NCBI GenBank assembly: GCA_964522405.1
Contig: CAZFTR010000001.1
Location: 4,602 to 68,601 of the forward strand
Length of the DNA stretch: 64,000 nt
Direction: 5' to 3'
Source: an uncultured Gammaproteobacteria bacterium
Lineage (GTDB): Bacteria; Patescibacteriota; Patescibacteriia; Magasanikbacterales; UBA922
Shown: positions 56,968-64,000 of the stretch, piece by piece
Layout of the letters: each line of letters begins with the position of its first letter
Position numbering within the stretch: position 1 is the first letter of the stretch
The notes under the pieces: generated by a model
What the model was told of the DNA's origin: nothing
The model's database searches: none
What the model saw: only the letters and a program-made list of their open reading frames with translations
Position numbers and translations under genes: made by a program

Positions 56968-58530
56968 TTAATTTTTATTTTTCAATTCTTCTTTTAAAAG
57001 TTTTTCTACAACTTTTGGATCGGCGCTTCCTTCTGTTGCTTTCATAACCATACCAATTAGGAATTTTAATACTGTATCTTTTCCAGAGCGAAATTGTTCC
57101 ACCTGTTGCGGATAACTTTTTACTGTATCTTTTATTATTTCTGTAATTTTTCCTTCGTCAGATATTTGGCCATATCCTTTTTCTTCCATAATATGGGTTG
57201 GATCCTTGTCAGTGTTTGCCTCAATCATTTCTAAAAGTATTTTTTGAGCATTTGTGGAGTTTACTCTACCTGCATATACCAATGCTATTAACTCTGCAAA
57301 ATTTTCAGGAGAAATTTTTATTTCAGAGATAGAGATTTTCTTTTCCTTTGTTAGACCCATCAGTTTGCTGGTCAGCCAACCGCCGGTTAATTTTGCTAAA
57401 GTATTTCGTTTGTTTTCTTTGATCTCATCAGTTTCACCTTTGATCTCCGGAAGACTGTGAAGCCAATCAACCAGTTCGCTCATAACGTTTTCAGCAAAAT
57501 TAGCCCAGTATCTGTCATCTGTCAAAATTTTTGAATCAGCATAAGAAAAACCATATTCCTGGTTAAATCTATTTCTTTTTGACTGAGGAAGTTCTGGAAG
57601 TGAAATATCACCAGCAATTTTCATCGGATGAAAAGGTGGTATGTCTGGTTCTGGAAAATAACGGTAGTCTTGGGCATTTTCTTTGGTTCTTTGTAATACA
57701 GTTTCTTGCTTGTTTTCATCCCAGCCTCGAGTTTGTTGCACCCAGCTTTCTCCTGCTTCAATCATCTCAGTTTGTCTTTTGATTTCAAATTCAATTGCTT
57801 TTTCAACTGCTTTGAATGAATTGATATTCTTTAGTTCAACTTTTTCGTTTAATTGGTAGTTTCCAAGTGGCTTTACAATTCCGTCCACTATTTCAAATTT
57901 TCCTGATTCTTGCATGGATATATTTGCTTCGCATCGCATATGCCCTTTTTCCATGTTTGCGTCACTTACTTCCAGATATCTCATGATCAGTTGTAATTCT
58001 TGGCAATATTTTTTGGCTTCTGCAGCTGTTTTAAAATCCGGATCAGTAACAATTTCAACCAGTGGCACGCCAGCTCTGTTAAAATCCACATAAGTCTCTC
58101 CTTTTGCGCCATGTAGCAGTTTGGCAGTGTCTTCTTCTAGGTGAACTCTGGTTATGCCGATTTTGGCTTGGTCTCGAACATTGTCTTCTGTTGGAAAATT
58201 GAGAGTAATTGATCCATGTTCTGCAATTGGTTCATCATATTGTGAAATTTGATATCCTTTGGGAAGATCAGGATAGAAATAATGTTTTCGATCAAATTTT
58301 GAGAGTTCCCTTATACTGCATCCTAGAGCTTTTCCAATCAAAACAGTCCAGACAATTGCTTGTCGGTTTGGAACCGGTAATGTACCAGGATGGGCAAGTG
58401 AAATTTCTGAAATATGAGTATTTGGTTGATTGCTATCAGGGTCATTTTTTTCAGAAGAGAACATCTTACTCTTGGTTTTGAGCTCGACATGGACTTCCAT
58501 TCCAATAATTGCTGTATATTGTTTTGACAT
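56968..58530 (-). CDS. gatB: Asp-tRNA(Asn)/Glu-tRNA(Gln) amidotransferase subunit B
   Basis: N-terminal GMEVHVELKT, central catalytic core, and a C-terminal YqeY-like domain. 520 aa. Confidence 0.85.
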   Translation of the reverse strand: MSKQYTAIIGMEVHVELKTKSKMFSSEKNDPDSNQPNTHISEISLAHPGTLPVPNRQAIVWTVLIGKALGCSIRELSKFDRKHYFYPDLPKGYQISQYDEPIAEHGSITLNFPTEDNVRDQAKIGITRVHLEEDTAKLLHGAKGETYVDFNRAGVPLVEIVTDPDFKTAAEAKKYCQELQLIMRYLEVSDANMEKGHMRCEANISMQESGKFEIVDGIVKPLGNYQLNEKVELKNINSFKAVEKAIEFEIKRQTEMIEAGESWVQQTRGWDENKQETVLQRTKENAQDYRYFPEPDIPPFHPMKIAGDISLPELPQSKRNRFNQEYGFSYADSKILTDDRYWANFAENVMSELVDWLHSLPEIKGETDEIKENKRNTLAKLTGGWLTSKLMGLTKEKKISISEIKISPENFAELIALVYAGRVNSTNAQKILLEMIEANTDKDPTHIMEEKGYGQISDEGKITEIIKDTVKSYPQQVEQFRSGKDTVLKFLIGMVMKATEGSADPKVVEKLLKEELKNKN

Positions 58531-58614
58531 ATTTTTAGTTTAATATTCACTATATTAGCATGGATTTAGAGATATTAAAAGCCCCTATTTAGGGGCTTTT
58601 TTTGTTGTGGTTTT

Positions 58615-59385
58615 TTATTCTTTTGTAGGCGCTGGCACTTTTTTTAGTTCAAGGAAAAGTATTACTTTGGCAAAAATTGTCAGAGGAGTAAATAGTAATC
58701 CTACAATTATTACTAGAATATTTATAATACTCATGGCAATCACATTTGCGATTGTTCCAAGTGTTACACTTTGTTTTAAAAATACAATTGCGTATTTGAG
58801 TATCTGCTGAGGAATAATGGCAATTACCGCAAAAACAATCCAAGGCAAAGCAAGTCTCCAAAGAACTGCCCACCATCTTTTATTTGTTAGGCTTTTGCTG
58901 AATTTAATAGCTTCAATAGGTTTTTTGATTTCATCAATTGCTATTGCTTCCATGGTAAACACAAACCAAACCCCAATTATTACCCCAGGGATAATAAATA
59001 GAATTGTACCAAGTATGGCAGCTATGGCAACGATTATAGATGCGGCTACAGCAGGCCAGAGCAAAAATCTAGCATCAGTAAGTTCTTCGCTAAGAGGTAA
59101 AAGTTCTTTTCCAGTGTACATTGAGGCCGAAATTCTGGTAATTGCAATTGAAATCCAAAGTTCAATCAAAATTGCAATAACATATAGTATGAAATAACCT
59201 ATGGCAATTATGAGATTGACTGTGGATGTGATTCCCTGTGAAATTATTGGGTCAACAATAGTTCCAATTATGGCCAAAAAACCAAGTGGAATAAATAGAA
59301 GTGTGAGATATTTAAATAATACTTGCCAATTTTTTTTATAAAGAGAAAAGCACTTGATGACAATATCCCATGCTTTGATAAGCAT
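58615..59385 (-). CDS. polytopic membrane protein, hypothetical
   Basis: 256 aa with about 6 TM helices. Confidence 0.5.
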   Translation of the reverse strand: MLIKAWDIVIKCFSLYKKNWQVLFKYLTLLFIPLGFLAIIGTIVDPIISQGITSTVNLIIAIGYFILYVIAILIELWISIAITRISASMYTGKELLPLSEELTDARFLLWPAVAASIIVAIAAILGTILFIIPGVIIGVWFVFTMEAIAIDEIKKPIEAIKFSKSLTNKRWWAVLWRLALPWIVFAVIAIIPQQILKYAIVFLKQSVTLGTIANVIAMSIINILVIIVGLLFTPLTIFAKVILFLELKKVPAPTKE

Positions 59386-59449
59386 ATAAATAGTTTTAAG
59401 AATAACTGTTTTTTATTATATCATTTTTACCTAAAAATGAGAAATATTT

Positions 59450-60034
59450 TTACAGTTTTTTTGATACTACACCCCAGATTTTTTCATGAATTTCTTCTAT
59501 TGATTGATTGGCATCTACTGGTATCCAACCGTATTCTTGGCCTAGTCTGGCGTAGACCGCTCTGACTTTTTCTTGAAGATCGTTGTTAGTTTCGTATATA
59601 TGATCTTTTTCTGTGGCTTCTTTGAATCTATTTCCATCAAAAACAAATGCAATGTCTTCCTTTAGAAGATGAGAATTAATTGTTTTCATGAATTCTTCAT
59701 CAACTCCTGATCCAATTCCCCAGCTCAGGCCCGAACCTGTATAATCTTCTCCTACAATATGTATTCCAGATTCAAGTTTTTGTTTTAGAATTGATTCATA
59801 CTGGGTACGATTGATAACATTCAGAAGTTGAGATTCTCGGTAAGAAAAATCATATGGATTTCCTCCGCGGAGAAAATCATTGACCATTTTCCCGGATGGT
59901 TCTATATCGTAAAGTGGATATTTTAGATATTCAGCTTCAAAACCTTCTTTGTTGAGCCGTTCAACTAGAAGTTTTGCTTGGGTACTTTTTCCTGTGTTGT
60001 TGATTCCGTAGAGGACAATAAATTTTCCATCCAT
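59450..60034 (-). CDS. tmk: thymidylate kinase
   Basis: P-loop YGINNTGKSTQ and the DRY-like EDYTGSGLSWG motif. Located next to folA and thyA. Confidence 0.65.
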   Translation of the reverse strand: MDGKFIVLYGINNTGKSTQAKLLVERLNKEGFEAEYLKYPLYDIEPSGKMVNDFLRGGNPYDFSYRESQLLNVINRTQYESILKQKLESGIHIVGEDYTGSGLSWGIGSGVDEEFMKTINSHLLKEDIAFVFDGNRFKEATEKDHIYETNNDLQEKVRAVYARLGQEYGWIPVDANQSIEEIHEKIWGVVSKKL

Positions 60035-60036
60035 AT

Positions 60037-60507
60037 TTATTTTTTATAAGTTACAAAAGCTAAATTATCTCTTTCATCGCGCTCAGTTTCATGCCAAGTA
60101 TTAAGATCAATCTCTGGGAAAAAAGCATCCCCATTAACTTGCTCATGAACATGGGTGATGTATAGTGTGTCGGCAATATCCATGGTTTGGTTATAGATTT
60201 GCCCTCCGCCAATAACTACTATTTCTTGATTTGGATACTTTGAAATAGCATCATTTATATTTTGGAAAAGATCTACATCTTTTGGAACAGCATATTCGGG
60301 ATTTCTAGTGATTACAATATTTTTGCGATGGGGTAGTGGTCTGAATTTTTCTGGGATTGATTCCCAGGTTTTTCTACCCATGAGGACAATTTTCCCTTTG
60401 GTTTTTTCCTTGAAATGCTTCATGTCTTCTGGTAGATGCCAAGGAAGGTCTCCATCTTTTCCAATACAGTTGTTTTCTGAAATTGCTGCTATGAGTGAGA
60501 TTGGCAT
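60037..60507 (-). CDS. folA: dihydrofolate reductase
   Basis: MPISLIAAISENNCIGKDGDLPW... and the GGGQIY motif. Confidence 0.9.
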   Translation of the reverse strand: MPISLIAAISENNCIGKDGDLPWHLPEDMKHFKEKTKGKIVLMGRKTWESIPEKFRPLPHRKNIVITRNPEYAVPKDVDLFQNINDAISKYPNQEIVVIGGGQIYNQTMDIADTLYITHVHEQVNGDAFFPEIDLNTWHETERDERDNLAFVTYKK

Positions 60508-60510
60508 ATT

Positions 60511-61383
60511 CTAAACTGCTATATCAAATGAAATTCTTGGATAGCTTTCATATCCTGTTTTTTTGGTGTCGCTTGCTTGCCAATCAAATATTGAAGTGAA
60601 ATTTTCTGTTTTGATTTTGCAAAGAGGGTATTTATCTGGATCGCGACTAAGCTGTTCTCTGGCTCCCTCTACATGGTTGCTGTAAATATGTACATCTCCT
60701 AAAAATCCAACCAGTTTTCCTTCTTCTAATCCTGCTTCTTTGGCAAGTAAGTGGAGGAGGATTGCATAGCTCGCTATATTAAAGGGTAGGCCAAGCATAA
60801 CATCTACTGATCTCTGGTTCCAAAGCAAATTTAATTTACCATCGATTACTGTAACTTGAAAACAATAATGACATGGTGGAAGCGCCATTTGATCAAGCAT
60901 GCTTGGATTCCAAGCATTTACTATCATTCTTCTGCTACTCGGGTCTTTTTTAAGTAATTCTATTAAGTTTTTTAGTTGGTCCACGCCCTTTCCAGTGTAG
61001 TCTGTGTCATAATTTTCATAATTTCCATTGAAATGTCTCCATTGAAATCCATAGACAGCTCCAAGATCTCGCTCTTCTGCCATTTTTTGTTTTGTTTCTT
61101 CGTCATGCGCATAAGGAACTTTTTTTGGATTACACCATTCGTCCCAAATATGACATTTTCGTTCTTTGAGCCATTCTTTGTCTGTAATTCCTTTTATAAA
61201 AAATTCTAACTCTGTGGCAACAATCTTAAAAGGCATTTTTTTGGTAGTGAGAAGTGGAAAACCTCTACTCATGTCATGTTCAAACATGGCTCCTGCAATA
61301 GCAATAGTTCCGGTTCCAGTACGGTCGGATTTTTCTACTCCTGTTTCTAGGATTTTTCGTACTATGTCTAGGTAGGTTTTCAT
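60511..61383 (-). CDS. thyA: thymidylate synthase
   Basis: Active-site PPCHYCFQ and LPFNIASYA motifs. Confidence 0.95.
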   Translation of the reverse strand: MKTYLDIVRKILETGVEKSDRTGTGTIAIAGAMFEHDMSRGFPLLTTKKMPFKIVATELEFFIKGITDKEWLKERKCHIWDEWCNPKKVPYAHDEETKQKMAEERDLGAVYGFQWRHFNGNYENYDTDYTGKGVDQLKNLIELLKKDPSSRRMIVNAWNPSMLDQMALPPCHYCFQVTVIDGKLNLLWNQRSVDVMLGLPFNIASYAILLHLLAKEAGLEEGKLVGFLGDVHIYSNHVEGAREQLSRDPDKYPLCKIKTENFTSIFDWQASDTKKTGYESYPRISFDIAV

Positions 61384-61385
61384 AT

Positions 61386-61883
61386 TTACGGATTGTTATT
61401 TAGAAGTCCTTCTATATGTTTTTTTTCTGCTGCTAATAATTTGAGTTCTACTCTATATTCATCGTACTCTTGGTCTAGCTCAGCTTTTTTATCAGTATTT
61501 GTTTGTGCGGTTCTTTCTTGGTCTATTTTTGTTTGTTTTTCTTCCATTTCTGCTATGCGTTCTTCAAATTCAGCAAGCTGTTTCCCGAGTTCTTCTGTGC
61601 ATATTGTTGGATTGCCAGTATTGATATCACAATAAAGATTTCTACGATCTTTTCTTAATTCTCGCCAGTAGCTGTGCATTCTTGATTTGTTATTTCTAAC
61701 TTCCTCTGGCTTTTTCTGCCTAAAAGGATTTCTGTCGTGCAATTTTCTCTCTATCCTTTTTCCTAGATTTGGTCTTTTCCCAATTTCTAAGGCTTTGCCG
61801 GCTGTAAATTGTTTTCTTGATGCTTCAGACATATTAAAACATTCCTGTGCTTCCATATTTTCCATCTCCTCTTGAGCTATCAT
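61386..61883 (-). CDS. hypothetical coiled-coil protein
   Basis: 165 aa, charged. Its end overlaps the dut start by 50 nt. Confidence 0.4.
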   Translation of the reverse strand: MIAQEEMENMEAQECFNMSEASRKQFTAGKALEIGKRPNLGKRIERKLHDRNPFRQKKPEEVRNNKSRMHSYWRELRKDRRNLYCDINTGNPTICTEELGKQLAEFEERIAEMEEKQTKIDQERTAQTNTDKKAELDQEYDEYRVELKLLAAEKKHIEGLLNNNP

Positions 61884-62259
61884 TTAATGTTTCGACTTCT
61901 TCTAGCTCAGCTATCGCGACTGGAAATATTATTAATTGGGCAATTTTCTGCCCTTTTTTTATTTCTACCGGTTTTTTTGTAAAATTTGTTAATATTACAT
62001 TATATTCTCCTCGATAGCCTGCATCATATACTCCTCCTGATGTTTTCATGCCTGACTTTGCCATTCCGCTTTTATCTTTTACTATGGCTGCATAACCCTC
62101 TTCAAATTCTAGTGCAAAGCCACAACCGAACACTTCTCTTTCTCCTGGTTCAATAACTGTATCTTTTTCTATTGAATACATGTCCAGCCCCACATCTCCA
62201 GGATGAGCATAATTCGGTAGTTTTGTGTCTGGATGTAATTTTTTTATTTTAATTTTCAT
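61834..62259 (-). CDS. dut: dUTP diphosphatase (dUTPase/dCTP-deaminase fold)
   Basis: Motifs PGDVGLDMYS and GVYDAGYRGE. 141 aa. Confidence 0.75.
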   Translation of the reverse strand: MKIKIKKLHPDTKLPNYAHPGDVGLDMYSIEKDTVIEPGEREVFGCGFALEFEEGYAAIVKDKSGMAKSGMKTSGGVYDAGYRGEYNVILTNFTKKPVEIKKGQKIAQLIIFPVAIAELEEVETLNDSSRGDGKYGSTGMF

Positions 62260-62303
62260 ATGTTGTTTTGACTTTTTGCGTTTGATTTTTTCTCTAAATC
62301 CTC

Positions 62304-62372
62304 CTTCGCCGTCCTCGGTTCTATTGTTGATCTGCTTTCAGCATCAACAATGTGCCTGCGGATTGTCTCATG
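62304..62372 (+). repeat. copy 3 of the ~70-nt conserved intergenic element
   Basis: ttcgccgtcctcggttct-ATTGTTGAT-ctgctttcagc-ATCAACAAT-gtgcctgcggattgtctcatg. The stem is again kept by compensatory changes. TGACTTTTTGC lies upstream, as in copy 1. Confidence 0.6.
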
Positions 62373-62476
62373 ATTTTTTAGAGAAAAAATCAATATAATT
62401 CATAAATTTATTCTACTACACATTTCAGAGATCAAATATAGATCTTTCAGCTATCTCCGAAGATGGATGCCCTGCG

Positions 62477-63064
62477 TTACGAGTTGTTGGCTTTATATTT
62501 GCCAATTATTTTTTCAATTTTTGCATAAAATTCTTCAAAGTCTCCAGTATTTTCTATAATATGATCTGCAATCTTAAATGATTCTCTAATTTTCCTTTCT
62601 GTCTCCTGATTGCATTCTTTTTGAAATTGTTCAAATGTCTTGTTTTGATCATCTGGATTTTCTGAACGCTGAGTTAGTCTCTCATATCTTGTTTTTTCAT
62701 CAAGATCAATGGCGATCAATATAAAGCCTGGAATTTCTTTGAGATATTCAACATCTGTTGGTCTTCTGATTCCTTCTGTAATGATAATTTTTGCGTCAGA
62801 TAGTTCTACGTCTTTGGCAAGTACTTTTGACATAATATCTTCACCATAGGTTCCTCGAAGAAATGTAGAAAGTGACTGCATATTGGTTCGGTTTTTTTCT
62901 ACATGAACTCTATCAAGTATATCACGAAGCATATCTGAAAAACGGAACGAAATCGCTCCGTATTTTTGTTTTATATAATCTGATGCTGTGGTTTTTCCTG
63001 ATGCAATTTCACCGGTTATTCCAATTATTAGTTTTTCCATATTATTTTTTTCTTTCAAAATCAC
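62477..63064 (-). CDS. P-loop nucleotide kinase (dephospho-CoA-kinase-like / dNMP-kinase-like)
   Basis: Walker A IGITGEIASGKTT. Sits in the thymidylate cluster and overlaps the dCMP deaminase gene by 23 nt. Confidence 0.55.
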   Translation of the reverse strand: MILKEKNNMEKLIIGITGEIASGKTTASDYIKQKYGAISFRFSDMLRDILDRVHVEKNRTNMQSLSTFLRGTYGEDIMSKVLAKDVELSDAKIIITEGIRRPTDVEYLKEIPGFILIAIDLDEKTRYERLTQRSENPDDQNKTFEQFQKECNQETERKIRESFKIADHIIENTGDFEEFYAKIEKIIGKYKANNS

Positions 63065-63542
63065 AACTATATTGTCGGTATTTTATTCCAGCTGCATCCA
63101 TAAGTCTTTTGGCTGCTATAAAAGCAGGTTGGCCGTCATACTTGTTGCTTTCGTATATTACTTCTTTTATTCCATTTTGGATTAAGGCCTTGGTGCATTC
63201 GTTGCAAGGAAAAAGTGTGCTGTATATTTTGCAATTAGTGGTGTCATTGTTGGAATTATAAACTGCGTTTTCCTCGGCATGACAGACATAAGCATATTTG
63301 GTATCTTGGTACTCTCCTTCACGCTCCCAAGGAAATTCTTCTTCACTAATTCCTCTTGGAAAGCCATTGTATCCTAGCCCAACCACGACATTGTTTTGGT
63401 CAGCTATTACTGCTCCAACTTGGCTGGAAGGGTCTTTGGAGCGCTCTGCAATGACATGGGCCATGCGCATAAAGCATTCATCCCAGGAGATATAGTTTTC
63501 ACGATATTTTATAGTCATAGTAGTAAAATTATAGCAGACCAT
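63042..63542 (-). CDS. dCMP deaminase (cytidine/deoxycytidylate deaminase family)
   Basis: Zn-binding motifs CHAEENAV and PCNECTKAL. Confidence 0.85.
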   Translation of the reverse strand: MVCYNFTTMTIKYRENYISWDECFMRMAHVIAERSKDPSSQVGAVIADQNNVVVGLGYNGFPRGISEEEFPWEREGEYQDTKYAYVCHAEENAVYNSNNDTTNCKIYSTLFPCNECTKALIQNGIKEVIYESNKYDGQPAFIAAKRLMDAAGIKYRQYSCDFERKK

Positions 63543-63605
63543 ATATTTGTTGGCAAATTAAAAAAAAGCCTCAATTTCGAGGCTTTTTTAGAAGTTTTTT
63601 TGAGA

Positions 63606-64000
63606 TTATTCAATTTCAATCTTTACACTTGGGCCCATGCTGCTGGCTAGGAATATTGATTTTATAAATGTTCCTTTTACAGATGATGCTTTGGCTTTTT
63701 TTACTGTTTCTATAAATATTTCGAAGTTTTCTTTTAGTTTTGAATCTTCAAAGCTAACTTTTCCAATTACCTGATGAATATTTCCAGAGTCGTCATTTTT
63801 AAATGATGCTTTTCCTTTTTTTAGATCATCAATCATTTTCTTTACATCTTTTCCAACTGTTTCTGTTTTTGGGTTGGGCATAAGGCCTTTTGGTCCAAGA
63901 ACTTTTGCAGCAATTGCAATTTTTGGCATCATTTCCGGTGTTGCAATTGCAATATCAAATTCCACTTTTCCAGTAGTTTTGATGGTTTTGATTTCTTCTT
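63606..64000 (-). CDS. rplA: 50S ribosomal protein L1 (C-terminal part; gene runs past the window end)
   Basis: The C-terminal ...KGTFIKSIFLASSMGPSVKIE matches L1. Upstream codons continue beyond 64000. Confidence 0.8.
   Translation of the reverse strand, partial: EEIKTIKTTGKVEFDIAIATPEMMPKIAIAAKVLGPKGLMPNPKTETVGKDVKKMIDDLKKGKASFKNDDSGNIHQVIGKVSFEDSKLKENFEIFIETVKKAKASSVKGTFIKSIFLASSMGPSVKIEIE

Overview
AT-rich (~35% GC) bacterial chromosome segment with a CPR/Patescibacteria-like gene set; almost every long ORF is a recognisable housekeeping gene. Recognisable genes: tRNA-Arg(TCT), a XerC/D-like recombinase, a 2995-aa LamG/FN3 surface giant, ileS and thrS with candidate T-box leaders, trxB-rpe-rpiB, pepA, ruvA, mutM, gyrA, rpsA, ftsH, a pilB/gspE-type ATPase, miaB-miaA, gatB, the 5' end of rplA, and a compact dTTP-metabolism cluster (dCMP deaminase, kinase, dut, thyA, folA, tmk). 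Unusual features called from the sequence alone: (1) two families of short dispersed intergenic elements, one a ~70-nt motif in three copies whose hairpin stem covaries; (2) several sharply delimited GC-rich islands (~55-60% GC) carrying small ORFs, a perfect 79-nt direct repeat, paralogous structured 5' leaders, a ~600-nt GC-rich non-coding block and an isolated GCS2-like ligase gene; (3) two candidate promoter-to-terminator small RNAs; (4) tandem Thr-codon mini-ORFs with terminators upstream of thrS; (5) a MITE-like 22-bp inverted repeat upstream of ileS. No CRISPR array, rRNA or classical transposase was seen. No search or folding tool was run, so all functional labels for unknowns are hypotheses.
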